In this document: piece by piece, positions 39,723 through 49,219 of the stretch
Layout: each line of letters starts with the position of its first letter
Numbering within the stretch: position 1 is the stretch's first letter
Source: an uncultured Gammaproteobacteria bacterium
GTDB lineage: Bacteria > Patescibacteriota > Microgenomatia > Levybacterales > UBA12049
DNA length: 64,000 nucleotides
Direction of reading: 5' to 3'
Assembly: GCA_964523705.1 (NCBI GenBank)
Contig: CAZFYA010000001.1
Span: 121,420 to 185,419, forward strand
Position numbers and translations under genes: made by a program
The notes under the pieces: generated by a model
Told to the model about the DNA's origin: nothing
Seen by the model: the letters and a program-made list of their open reading frames with translations, nothing else
The model's database searches: none

Positions 39723-40064
39723 CTATTTAACTCTTCTGAAGAATCTTTTTTTACTTTTTTTTACCGGGGCTTCTTTCTCTTGTTTTATATTTTTAGGTTC
39801 CTCAACAACCTCTTCAACCGGCTCTACTTCTTCTAAAACTTCATCTGATAAATCGTCTTCTTCAATATATTCTGTAATATTTCTTAATCCCTCATCTGCA
39901 ATTAGTTTTAAAACCTTTTTTCCCTTTTCTGTTCCTACCAAAAAAACCACAGCAGCACCAATAATTGCACCTAACAAAAAACCGCTTGAAAAATGACTAC
40001 TCTTGTGTTCCATAAGCTTATTCTTTTTTATCTTTGTCTTTCTTTTTCTTAAAAAGACTGGCAA
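39723..40064 (-). CDS. hypothetical small membrane protein with acidic C-terminal region
   Basis: 113-aa ORF with one TM helix. Confidence 0.35.
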   Translation of the reverse strand: MPVFLRKRKTKIKKNKLMEHKSSHFSSGFLLGAIIGAAVVFLVGTEKGKKVLKLIADEGLRNITEYIEEDDLSDEVLEEVEPVEEVVEEPKNIKQEKEAPVKKSKKRFFRRVK

Positions 40065-40287
40065 CTGATGCCCCTGTTTTTATTCCCATCATAATACTTG
40101 AGAGTGAGGAAACAGGACCTGAAACACTTTCAGTTATTACGCCTGTATCATCTAAGACTTTATTTGCCTTAGATACTGTATTTCTTAGTTCTCTTAAGAT
40201 AAAGAAGACCTGAACTCCTAAAATCACCAGAAGAATTGCTAAAACAATGATGATTATAAATAAGGCTAATTGGGCAGGATCTGTCAT
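40018..40287 (-). CDS. small membrane protein (possibly DUF948-like)
   Basis: 89 aa; N-terminal TM then a helical region, ending with a KKKKDKDKKE tail. Confidence 0.35.
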   Translation of the reverse strand: MTDPAQLALFIIIIVLAILLVILGVQVFFILRELRNTVSKANKVLDDTGVITESVSGPVSSLSSIMMGIKTGASVASLFKKKKDKDKKE

Positions 40288-40318
40288 ATGTATAAATTAC
40301 CTTAATTACCAATTTAAG

Positions 40319-40960
40319 TCAAGGACTTTCTTTTACTTCAACCTCTCTTTTAATAATTGTCTCCTTTCCAAAGCTATTAACTGCCTTTATTTCAATGGTT
40401 GTTTTTCCTGAAAGCACAACTACGTTTTTCTTAAAAGCACCGTCTTTATCAACGCTTACGGCTGTATCATCAACAAAAACCGTAACATCAGGATCTGTTT
40501 TTCCACTTACTAAAATTACAGATGATTGAAAAACAGTTTTTTCCTGAGGTGAAAAGATGTCTAACGAGGGATTAAAAATTGCATTTTTGTATTGGTAAAA
40601 TAAAAAGGAGAAAAGAGATACAAAAATTAAAATAATAATTATTAAAGACTGTTTCATTCTAATTTTTGAAAGAGAAAACTTATTGTTCTTACCAAAACCT
40701 GAAGGCAAAACCTTATAACTTTTATTAGTATCAAACTCTCTTCTAAATAAGGCTAGGGTTTCTTTTTCAGGAAGGCCTAAAAACTTTATGTAGTTTCTAA
40801 CAAATCCTTGTGCGTAGGCAGCTGATGGAAGTTTATCGTATTCACCATTTTCTATTGCCGATAAAAAGACAGCTTTAATTTTGGTGATCTCTGAAATCTG
40901 ATCAATTGTTAATCCTTTTTCTAAGCGAGCATCTTTTATTCTTTGGCCTATCTTTATCAT
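40319..40960 (-). CDS. rodZ: RodZ-like cytoskeleton protein (XRE-family HTH + TM + C-terminal domain)
   Basis: N-terminal HTH (IGQRIKDARLEKGLTIDQISEITKIK...), a TM at about aa 105-125, and a C-terminal beta-rich domain. Confidence 0.65.
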   Translation of the reverse strand: MIKIGQRIKDARLEKGLTIDQISEITKIKAVFLSAIENGEYDKLPSAAYAQGFVRNYIKFLGLPEKETLALFRREFDTNKSYKVLPSGFGKNNKFSLSKIRMKQSLIIIILIFVSLFSFLFYQYKNAIFNPSLDIFSPQEKTVFQSSVILVSGKTDPDVTVFVDDTAVSVDKDGAFKKNVVVLSGKTTIEIKAVNSFGKETIIKREVEVKESP

Positions 40961-40965
40961 AAACT

Positions 40966-43119
40966 TTATTCATTAGTTGTATTTTCTGTATTTATAGAAT
41001 TGAAGTAATCATCGGGGTTTTTTATCATTACATCTCTTGGTTTTGAACCCTCTGCCGGCCCAACTAAACCGTCAGCCTCCAATTGATCTAAAATCCTGGC
41101 AGCTCTTGAATAACCAATAGACAATCTTCTTTGAAGAAGAGATGCTGATGCTTTATCAAATTGACAAATAAGTCTGACTACATCTTGATAAAGTGGGTCT
41201 TTACCATCACTTCCTGTTGCCAAATTTCCTTTTTTCAAAAGCATTGGTTCTGCTGTAACTTCTGATGTGTATTGAACAGCCGGGGCTTTTTGCTTTAGAA
41301 AATCAACTAATCTTTTTACTTCTTTTTCCGAAACAAAAGCTCCTTGAATACGGGTTGGCTTTGCCTGATCCGGTGGAGTATATAACATATCTCCTCTTCC
41401 TAGAAGTTTTTCTGCTCCAGGAGTATCTAAAATTACTCTTGAATCAATCATTGATGATACGTTAAAGGCAATTCTACAAGGAATATTTGCTTTAATAAGA
41501 CCGGTTATAACATCAACTGATGGTCTTTGGGTTGAAACAACTAAATGAATTCCGGTTGCTCTGGCCATTTGAGCAAGGCGTGCAATTGCATCTTCAACCT
41601 GAACAGGAGCAAAAGCCATAAGATCAGCTAATTCATCAATTAAGATAACAATATATGGCATTGCCTGAAATCCGGATAATTCATTATATGAATCAATGTT
41701 TCTTACTCCGCTTTCAGCAAAAGTCTTATACCTTCTGTCCATCTCATCCATTGCCCACTTTAAGGATGCTAAGATTTTTTCAACATCAACAATTACCTCT
41801 GTCATTAAGTGCGGAATACCGTTATACATTGTCAGCTCAACTCTTTTTGGATCAATTAAAATTAATTTTAATTCTTCAGGTGAGGTTCTAAAAAGAAGCG
41901 ATGAAATAAAAGAGTTGATAAGAACTGATTTTCCAGAACCGGTTGTTCCGGCAACTAAAACATGGGGCATTTTGGCAATATCTGCAACTAATGGATTTCC
42001 TGAAACATCAAGACCTAAAGATACCGCAAGCTTAGACTTATGTTTTCGCATACTTTCTGAGCCAAGCATTGTTTTTAAAGTAACAATCTCTAAACTTCTG
42101 TTTGGAATTTCAATACCAATTAAATTTCTTCCCGGTATTGGTGCTTCAATTCTGATTTGTCCGGTTGGGGCTTCTGTTGCCAAGGCTAAATTGTTTGAAA
42201 GGGAAGTAATTTTTGAAATTTTTGTTCCTTGGGCAATTTCCAAGGCATATTGAGTAACAGCCGGACCCAAGTTTACTTCAGCAACCTTAGCATTAATTCC
42301 AAAACTGCCCAACGTCTTCTCAATCGTATTTGCTATTTTTTTAACATCTCCTCTATCAGCCTTATGTCCTGATGAATCTGATAAAAGACTAAGTGGGGGG
42401 TATTCCCAAATCCCCTCTTTCATTGGTGCATTAGTAACTAATTTATCTGAAATAAAGGGAACTTCTTTTTTACTGATTTGAATTTTCCCTGAATCTTTTC
42501 CTGATAATTGGTCAAAATCTTTTTCTCCTCCTTTAATTTTCATTTGAGTGTCTTTAAAAGGAGATTTTTTAACTTTAAAGTAATTAACTACAAAATTTGG
42601 AATAAGTCTTCTTATGTTTTTACCCAAAACAGAAAACATGTGTGCCAGCTCATCAATTGAAGTATCAAAAAAGACAACAAGACCGACAAAAACTCCAACT
42701 ACATAAACAATATTTGCTCCAAGACTGGCAATTATGTCTTCTAAAATCCCAAAAAGGTATTTCCCAATTATTCCTCCCTTTAAAAGAGCTAGAAAAGAAA
42801 TAAAAAAGATTAAAAAACCAACAGAAACATTTGGTCTTGATAAAAAGAATTTAAGGCGTAAAAACAAAAAGCCAAGAAAGATTAAAAGAAAGGGGAAAAG
42901 ATACGATGCTACTCCAAAATATGTTTCCTGAAAATTGCTAATTGATATAAAGGTAGGTTCACTTTTACTAAAGGAAAGTAAAAGTATAACACCTGCCAAA
43001 AGAAGCCCAAAAGAAAAAATTGAATAAACCGTACTATTTCTAAGTTTTAGGTTAAATTTAACTTTTCTTTTTCGATAATGTCTTTTTCTGGGCATGAAAC
43101 AATTATATACACTACTCAA
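40966..43119 (-). CDS. ftsK: DNA translocase FtsK/SpoIIIE
   Basis: 717 aa; N-terminal TM segments; motor domain with Walker A VAGTTGSGKSV, Walker B ILIDELADL and a C-terminal gamma-domain wHTH. Confidence 0.9.
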   Translation of the reverse strand: MSSVYNCFMPRKRHYRKRKVKFNLKLRNSTVYSIFSFGLLLAGVILLLSFSKSEPTFISISNFQETYFGVASYLFPFLLIFLGFLFLRLKFFLSRPNVSVGFLIFFISFLALLKGGIIGKYLFGILEDIIASLGANIVYVVGVFVGLVVFFDTSIDELAHMFSVLGKNIRRLIPNFVVNYFKVKKSPFKDTQMKIKGGEKDFDQLSGKDSGKIQISKKEVPFISDKLVTNAPMKEGIWEYPPLSLLSDSSGHKADRGDVKKIANTIEKTLGSFGINAKVAEVNLGPAVTQYALEIAQGTKISKITSLSNNLALATEAPTGQIRIEAPIPGRNLIGIEIPNRSLEIVTLKTMLGSESMRKHKSKLAVSLGLDVSGNPLVADIAKMPHVLVAGTTGSGKSVLINSFISSLLFRTSPEELKLILIDPKRVELTMYNGIPHLMTEVIVDVEKILASLKWAMDEMDRRYKTFAESGVRNIDSYNELSGFQAMPYIVILIDELADLMAFAPVQVEDAIARLAQMARATGIHLVVSTQRPSVDVITGLIKANIPCRIAFNVSSMIDSRVILDTPGAEKLLGRGDMLYTPPDQAKPTRIQGAFVSEKEVKRLVDFLKQKAPAVQYTSEVTAEPMLLKKGNLATGSDGKDPLYQDVVRLICQFDKASASLLQRRLSIGYSRAARILDQLEADGLVGPAEGSKPRDVMIKNPDDYFNSINTENTTNE

Positions 43120-43131
43120 AAATACTACAAG

Positions 43132-43159
43132 TTGACAAGAGCAAAAAAAATCTTATAAT
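43132..43159 (+). promoter_or_regulatory. promoter (-35 TTGACA, 16 bp, -10 TATAAT) placing the TSS 1-2 nt before the ATG at 43168 (leaderless mRNA)
   Basis: Plus-strand read: ttgaca agagcaaaaaaaatct tataat atgcaaac ATG. Confidence 0.5.
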
Positions 43160-43167
43160 ATGCAAAC

Positions 43168-43566
43168 ATGTCAAAAGAAGCACCAAGACCAATGCCTGAA
43201 GCAACAACTATCCATCCTAAGTTTGAAGATGGGATTGAAGCATTAAGAGGACATAAACCTCATAAAGCAATTGCTGAAAGAGGTAGTAGACTATTTACTC
43301 ACAAAAAACCAACAAAAATATGGATAGATGAAGAATCAACAAACAATATTTTTAAAAACGAGTATTTTGAAAAAGACTTTAAAACTGATAGCATTGCTTA
43401 TGCAATAACTTTTACCAGTGAACCTTCATATAATAAAGACGGAGGCGTTGAAGCTTTTGACGGAATTGCAGAATTTAATGGAAAAAAGTTACCCACTAGA
43501 GTAATATCTGTTTATGGAAGACTCTTCGTATTAAGTCCCAGTTCAGCTGCGCCTAAACTTCAATAA
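43168..43566 (+). CDS. hypothetical protein
   Basis: 132-aa ORF, convergent with and 14 nt overlapping rnj. Confidence 0.45.
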   Translation: MSKEAPRPMPEATTIHPKFEDGIEALRGHKPHKAIAERGSRLFTHKKPTKIWIDEESTNNIFKNEYFEKDFKTDSIAYAITFTSEPSYNKDGGVEAFDGIAEFNGKKLPTRVISVYGRLFVLSPSSAAPKLQ

Positions 43567-45208
43567 CTACCGGTAAAACAAGTGGGTTTTTACCAATATT
43601 TTTATTAATAAATTCTTCTGTTAAGCTTCCAATTTTCTTTCTAATATAAAACCTATCTGTAACCTTATCTTTTTTAACTAACCCTCTTTTTAGTTCTTCT
43701 GTTAATCTTTGTGAAATAAGACCGCTATCCTCTGCTCCCATTCCTCGTATAACAATTGTTGGATTATTAACTATCTGTCCGTTAGTTGAATCAATTTCTG
43801 TTAAAACTATAACTACTCCGTCTTTGGCAATTTTTTGCCTGTCTCTTAAAACAAAATGCTCAACTTCTTCACCTGAAATTTGATCAACATAAATATTTTT
43901 CGCTTCAATTTTTTTACCAAAATTAACATTTTCTTTAGTAAAAATTACTTCTTGTCCATCATCTGGTAAAAGTATTTGATTATCCTGATATCCTTGTCTT
44001 TTGGCTAAGTGTTTATAGGCAACCATCTGTTTATACGTTCCGCCAATTGGTAATACTCTTTTTGGTTTTAAAAGAGCCATCATTAACATCAACTCCATTG
44101 AGGCTCCGTGTCCTGAAACATGAAAATCATCACTAATTTCTGAATAAACAACTCTTGCTCCTCTTTTTGAAATCGTATCAATTAAAGCATTAATTGTTAC
44201 TTCATTTCCAGGAATTGGATCTGATGAAAAGACAACTACATCTGCTGGGTTTAATTTTATTTCCCTAAATTCTCCTTGAGCAATTCTTGATAATGCTGAA
44301 TTTTCCTGCCCCTGACTTCCGGCAACAAATAATACCAGTTGATTGTCTTTAAATCTTTTTAGTTGACTAACCGGTACTTCGATGTTTTTATCAAGCTTCA
44401 TATAACCTAAATTGCAGGCAACTTCTTTTGCCTTAAGTAAAGAGCGTCCAACAAAACAAACTTTTCTACCTAATTTTTTAGCAACCTCAATTGCCTGATT
44501 AAGCCTTGAAATATTTGAAGAATAAGTAGTTAGAAGAAACTTTCCCTGGCATTTCCTCATTTCAGTTTCAAAACTATCAAAAAGAGTCATTTCCGATGGG
44601 GTATACCCATCTTTTTCAGCCCTTAAACAATCAGACATTAAACATAAAACGCCTTGTTTTGAAGCTTCTGAAATTTTATTAAACTCTACTTTTTTACCAT
44701 CAACCGGAGTTAAATCAAACTTATAATCACTGCCGTGGTAAAAATTACCAATCGGTGTTTTTATAAAAATATTTGCCGTATCAGGTACAGAATGAGTAAT
44801 TCTAATAAATGAAGCCTTAAAAGAACCAAGACTAATTTCTCCTCCATCAAAAGTAACTGTTTTAACTCTTGAATTTACGTTAAATTCCTTTAATTTCTCA
44901 TTGGCAAAAGCAGCGGCTAAGGGGCTTGCGTAAATTGGAAATGAGGGGAGTTGAGGCAAAATATACGGAAGAGCACCTAAGTGATCTTCATGTCCATGGG
45001 TAATTATCATACCGACAATTTTTTTATTTGTTTTTAAAAGATAGGAAATATCAGGTAAAAGTAAATCAACGCCAAGCATTGTTTCATCGGCAAAGCCTAA
45101 TCCACAATCAACAATAAGAATTTCATCTTTATATTCATAAAGATACATATTTTTGGTAACTCCTGTAATTCCACCTAGGGGAATAAATTTAATTTGACTA
45201 TTATCCAT
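43553..45208 (-). CDS. rnj: ribonuclease J (metallo-beta-lactamase / beta-CASP)
   Basis: 551 aa; IITHGHEDHLGALPYIL HxHxDH motif and beta-CASP region. Confidence 0.9.
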   Translation of the reverse strand: MDNSQIKFIPLGGITGVTKNMYLYEYKDEILIVDCGLGFADETMLGVDLLLPDISYLLKTNKKIVGMIITHGHEDHLGALPYILPQLPSFPIYASPLAAAFANEKLKEFNVNSRVKTVTFDGGEISLGSFKASFIRITHSVPDTANIFIKTPIGNFYHGSDYKFDLTPVDGKKVEFNKISEASKQGVLCLMSDCLRAEKDGYTPSEMTLFDSFETEMRKCQGKFLLTTYSSNISRLNQAIEVAKKLGRKVCFVGRSLLKAKEVACNLGYMKLDKNIEVPVSQLKRFKDNQLVLFVAGSQGQENSALSRIAQGEFREIKLNPADVVVFSSDPIPGNEVTINALIDTISKRGARVVYSEISDDFHVSGHGASMELMLMMALLKPKRVLPIGGTYKQMVAYKHLAKRQGYQDNQILLPDDGQEVIFTKENVNFGKKIEAKNIYVDQISGEEVEHFVLRDRQKIAKDGVVIVLTEIDSTNGQIVNNPTIVIRGMGAEDSGLISQRLTEELKRGLVKKDKVTDRFYIRKKIGSLTEEFINKNIGKNPLVLPVVIEV

Positions 45209-45210
45209 AT

Positions 45211-46278
45211 TTAACTTGGCAAAAACTGTTTATAATTTTCCGCCGTTATCTTATATACTTGTTCTTTTTGTATTTTTCCCTCAACTATTAGCCTTGCTAC
45301 TTTTCGACAAATCCCCTCAATTGTTCGCTCCAAGCTTCTAATTCCCGAGTCAAAACCTAAAGGTCTTATGATATTTGGCCATAAACTATCATCAATTGCT
45401 AATTGATTATCCAAAAGGCCTGTATTTTTTCTAATTTTTGGGAATAGATAACTTTTGGCAATAACAATTTTTTCATCATCTGTATAGGATGGCATCTGAA
45501 CAATTTCCAATCTATCTAAAACTGCTGTTGAGATATTGGTAGTATTATTAGCGGTTGCAATAAAAAGGGTGTGTGACAAATCAAATGGATAATCTATATA
45601 ATGATCCATAAAAGTTCTGTTTTGCTCAGGATCTAAAAGTTCAACTAAAACACCCATAATATCTGCTCTTGCCGACTCTGTAACTCTATCTAGTTCATCA
45701 AGAAGAATTACTGAGTTTTTGCTTTGTGTATTTACTAGTTTTTTAACAATTAACCCCGGCTCTGCATCGGCAAAGGCACGAGATTGTCCCCTTAGTGCTC
45801 TGGCATCTCCCATTCCACCAAAGGGGATACGCTCAAATTTTCTTCCCAAACTTTCAGCAATTGAATAGGCAAGTGTTGTTTTACCTGTTCCTACAAGTCC
45901 AATTAAACAAAGTATTGGGGCTCTAATAACCTTGTCTTGTGCTCCGTTTTGCATACTAAGCATAATTGCTGCTAAGTATTCCAAAATTCTGTTTTTTACA
46001 CTTTCTAAGCCATAATGATTTTTATCTAAAATTTGTTTGGCTTTGTTTAAATCCAGTAAATCATTAGTTTCCTTATTAAAAGGAAGAGATGAAACCCAAT
46101 CAATGTACCTTGAAACACTTTCATAGCTTATAAAAGTGCCGGAGTTATTTTTTAAGCTTATTTTAAGAATGGAGAGCATTCCGTTTATTTTTTCAAGCAA
46201 ATCCGAGGGGAAATTAGCTGCTTTTATTTTTTCTTCAAGCTTTTGAACTTGCGTGTCAGATGATTGGGCAGTATCCAT
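45211..46278 (-). CDS. Lon-family AAA+ ATPase module without a protease domain
   Basis: 355 aa colinear with the Lon ATPase region: DKNHYGLESVKNRILEYLAA; Walker A GLVGTGKTTLAYSIAESLGRKFERIPFGGMGDARALRG; Walker B VILLDELDRV; LLDPEQNRTFMDHYIDYPFDLSHTLFIATAN; sensor-2 region SGIRSLERTIEGICRKVA. It ends where Lon's S16 protease domain would begin, and rnj starts 2 nt later. Confidence 0.8.
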   Translation of the reverse strand: MDTAQSSDTQVQKLEEKIKAANFPSDLLEKINGMLSILKISLKNNSGTFISYESVSRYIDWVSSLPFNKETNDLLDLNKAKQILDKNHYGLESVKNRILEYLAAIMLSMQNGAQDKVIRAPILCLIGLVGTGKTTLAYSIAESLGRKFERIPFGGMGDARALRGQSRAFADAEPGLIVKKLVNTQSKNSVILLDELDRVTESARADIMGVLVELLDPEQNRTFMDHYIDYPFDLSHTLFIATANNTTNISTAVLDRLEIVQMPSYTDDEKIVIAKSYLFPKIRKNTGLLDNQLAIDDSLWPNIIRPLGFDSGIRSLERTIEGICRKVARLIVEGKIQKEQVYKITAENYKQFLPS

Positions 46279-46288
46279 GACTTTAGTA

Positions 46289-46330
46289 TACTAAATACTA
46301 AATACTAGATGCTAGATACTAAATACTAAT
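46289..46330. repeat. six tandem heptamers (tactaaa tactaaa tactaga tgctaga tactaaa tactaat) between the pnp stop and the Lon-like start
   Basis: Read directly from the sequence. Confidence 0.8.
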
Positions 46331-48634
46331 TTAATAGCGATCTTTTCTAAAGCCAGAGCGGTTTCGAAAATCTCTTTTATTTTTATCTCTCCAGCTACCG
46401 CTACCAATTGATCTTTCTCTTCTTAATTGCATTGATAAGGGATGAATTTTTTTTTCTTTGAAGTTTCTTCCTCCGCCTTGCTCATCCTGCCCTCGCCTGT
46501 CAGGCAGGCGACCTCGTCCTTCGGACTCCGGTCCAAACTTCATGGTTAAATTAATTCTTCCCTGCTCATCAATTTCAATTACTTTTACTTTTACTTTTTG
46601 ACCAATAGTCAAAACATCACCCGGGTCTTTTATAAAGTCACCTGAAATTTTTGAAACATGAACCATTCCTTCTTTTCCGGGAAGAAGCTCAACAAATGCA
46701 CCAAACGGTAAAATTCTTTTTACCTCTCCCTCAAAAACCTCACCAGACATAATTTCTCTGGTTAATCCTTTTACCCAGTCAACTGCTTTTTGAACTATTT
46801 CTTCAGAGCTTGAAGAAATTGCAACTGTTCCATCATCATCAACATCAACTGTTGCTCCTGTTTGAGCAATAATGTTTTTAATGGTTTTTCCACCAGGACC
46901 GATTAATTCTCCGATTTTATCAACCGGAATTTGAATAAGTTCAATTTTTGGTGCAAATTCTGAAACTTCTTCTCTTGAAGATGGAATTACAGATAATATT
47001 TTATCCAAAACAAAAAGTCTGGCTGTTTTTGCTTTTATTAAGGTTTCCTCAATTTGTTTTATGGTTAAACCCTGGTTTTTAACATCTAATTGAATTGCAG
47101 TTACTCCATCTGTTGTTCCGGCAACTTTAAAGTCCATATCTCCTGAAAAATCTTCAAGGCCTAAAATATCAGTTAGGATTACATAATTTTGATCATCACT
47201 CATCATTCCCATGGCAATTCCCGTAACCGGCTTTTTAATAGGAACTCCTGCATCCATTAAAGCAAGAGTTGAACCACAGGTTGCTGCCATTGAAGTTGAA
47301 CCATTAGATGATAAAATTTCAGAAACTACCCTTATTGTATATGGAAAAACATTTTGCTTTGGAATTACTGCTAAAAGTGCTCTTTCAGCTAATGCACCAT
47401 GTCCGATTTCTCTTCTTGATGGTGTTCCTATTCTTCCTGTTTCACCAACGGAATAAGGAGGCATTGAATAATGATGAATATATTTTTTAACCTCTTCTCC
47501 TTCTGCTGACTCAATTAATTGCTCAAGCTTTGGTGAGCCAAGTGTAACAACAGTTAAGGCTTGTGTATCTCCTCTTTGAAAAACTGCAGAACCATGAGTT
47601 CTTGGCAGAACTGAAACCTTTCCTGAAATTTCTCTTACTTCATCAATTTTTCTTCCGTCAGGTCTTTTGCTTTTCTTTAAGACATCTTCTCTTATGCTTT
47701 TAAATAATACTGTCTCTAAAGCCTTGGCTATTGTTTTTTTATCTATTTCTTCTTCCGGGTTTTTAATTTTTTCATCTTCAAAAATTTTATCAACCAAAGC
47801 TTCTTCATCCTTGTATCCGGATTCCTTATTTACTCTTTTTAAAATTAAAGCTATTACTTCTTCATTGTAATTTTTCTCGATTTTTTGAATTTGTTCATAA
47901 AGCTTTGTGTTTTGAGTAACGCCTTCTTTTTTCTCTCCTACTTCTTTGGTGAATTTTTCAATAAAATCAATTATTTTTTTGTTTTCCTCATGTGCTCTTT
48001 TAATACTTTCTAAGACTACTTCTTCCGGTGCTTCAAGTCCGTCAGCTTCAATCATTAAGGATTTTTCTTTTGTTTGAGAAACTACTAAATCCAGTTCTGA
48101 AAATTCAGACTCTGCCATTCCGGGATTAATTACATATTCTGCATTTCCATTTCCTTGTTCCTTAACAAAACCAACTCTTACTGCTGCAATTGGCCCATTC
48201 CAGGGAATCTTTGAAATTGCCAAAGCTGCACTTACTGCATTAAGAGATAAAATATCCGGTTCGTTTTCTCCATCAACTGAGAGTACGGTAATTACTATTT
48301 GAACTTCCTTTTTGTATTCCTTTGGAAACAATGGCCTTATTGATCTATCAATTAATCTTCCAATTAAGATTGAATCATCAGATGGTCTTCCTTCTCTTTT
48401 TACCCAGCGGCTTCCTTTAATTCTTCCACCTGCATAAAGTCTTTCAACATATTCAACAGTTAAAGGAAAGTAGTCAATATCTTCTCTTTCTTTTCCTTCT
48501 GTCACAGCAACCAAAACCATAGTATCTCCAAGTCTTGCTAAAACGGATGACGTTGCCTGCTTGGCAAGTTCTCCAACTTGAAGCGATAAGGTTTTACCTG
48601 CTAATTCTAATTCTGTTTGTGAGGTTTTCTTCAT
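46331..48634 (-). CDS. pnp: polyribonucleotide nucleotidyltransferase (PNPase) with RG-rich C-terminal tail
   Basis: 767 aa; two RNase PH domains, KH and S1 domains, and the tail GRGRLPDRRGQDEQGGGRNF... Confidence 0.95.
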   Translation of the reverse strand: MKKTSQTELELAGKTLSLQVGELAKQATSSVLARLGDTMVLVAVTEGKEREDIDYFPLTVEYVERLYAGGRIKGSRWVKREGRPSDDSILIGRLIDRSIRPLFPKEYKKEVQIVITVLSVDGENEPDILSLNAVSAALAISKIPWNGPIAAVRVGFVKEQGNGNAEYVINPGMAESEFSELDLVVSQTKEKSLMIEADGLEAPEEVVLESIKRAHEENKKIIDFIEKFTKEVGEKKEGVTQNTKLYEQIQKIEKNYNEEVIALILKRVNKESGYKDEEALVDKIFEDEKIKNPEEEIDKKTIAKALETVLFKSIREDVLKKSKRPDGRKIDEVREISGKVSVLPRTHGSAVFQRGDTQALTVVTLGSPKLEQLIESAEGEEVKKYIHHYSMPPYSVGETGRIGTPSRREIGHGALAERALLAVIPKQNVFPYTIRVVSEILSSNGSTSMAATCGSTLALMDAGVPIKKPVTGIAMGMMSDDQNYVILTDILGLEDFSGDMDFKVAGTTDGVTAIQLDVKNQGLTIKQIEETLIKAKTARLFVLDKILSVIPSSREEVSEFAPKIELIQIPVDKIGELIGPGGKTIKNIIAQTGATVDVDDDGTVAISSSSEEIVQKAVDWVKGLTREIMSGEVFEGEVKRILPFGAFVELLPGKEGMVHVSKISGDFIKDPGDVLTIGQKVKVKVIEIDEQGRINLTMKFGPESEGRGRLPDRRGQDEQGGGRNFKEKKIHPLSMQLRRERSIGSGSWRDKNKRDFRNRSGFRKDRY

Positions 48635-48640
48635 TTATAT

Positions 48641-48910
48641 TTAACTTTTAAGTCCTACTTTTTTTGTAATTCCGAAGGAGCGTTCTTTACTTACTTTTCC
48701 TAAGAAATTAACTAATCTTCTTCTTTTTGCAATCATTGATAAAAGACCACGTCTTGAATGATTATCATGCTGATGATCTTTTAGATGATCAGTTAATCTT
48801 TCAATTCTTCTTGTTAAAAGCGCAATTTGAACTTCAGGACTTCCTGTGTCGCCCTTAACTGTTTGAAATTCTTCAATAATCTTTTGTTTTTGCGAAGAAC
48901 TAAGTGGCAT
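48641..48910 (-). CDS. rpsO: 30S ribosomal protein S15
   Basis: 89 aa; GDTGSPEVQIALLTRRIERLTDHLKDHQHDNHSRRGLL. Confidence 0.9.
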   Translation of the reverse strand: MPLSSSQKQKIIEEFQTVKGDTGSPEVQIALLTRRIERLTDHLKDHQHDNHSRRGLLSMIAKRRRLVNFLGKVSKERSFGITKKVGLKS

Positions 48911-48956
48911 ATATATTATTTCTTTCTTATTTAGTTATTTTGGTATTATACCAGAT

Positions 48957-49217
48957 TTATTTATGGTTTACAATCCTTGTTATAGCCCTACCTATTTTTT
49001 GACCATTGCTTCCTTGATGGATATCTTCTAAGGCTTTTTCCACGGCTACACATTTACGTAAAGGAGCATCTAATTTACCGCCTATTCTAGGGGAAACACA
49101 CATACCGCCATCTCGAAAAAACTTACACTTAACAATTATTTTTCCATCTTTCACTTCTACTTCATTTGCTACCCCGCTTGATAAATCGCATTCATATCCT
49201 TCTTTGAGGTTTTTCAT
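48957..49217 (-). CDS. hypothetical small Cys-containing protein
   Basis: 86-aa ORF between the DHH-family gene and rpsO. Confidence 0.4.
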   Translation of the reverse strand: MKNLKEGYECDLSSGVANEVEVKDGKIIVKCKFFRDGGMCVSPRIGGKLDAPLRKCVAVEKALEDIHQGSNGQKIGRAITRIVNHK

Positions 49218-49219
49218 GT

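Noticed and set aside
41696-42253. 185-aa plus-strand ORF inside ftsK, plus similar 60-130-aa antisense ORFs inside rpoB, rpoC, fusA, secY and the ribosomal protein operon
   Set aside because: Each overlaps a well-supported conserved gene on the opposite strand. They have no motifs and are typical spurious ORFs in AT-rich DNA.
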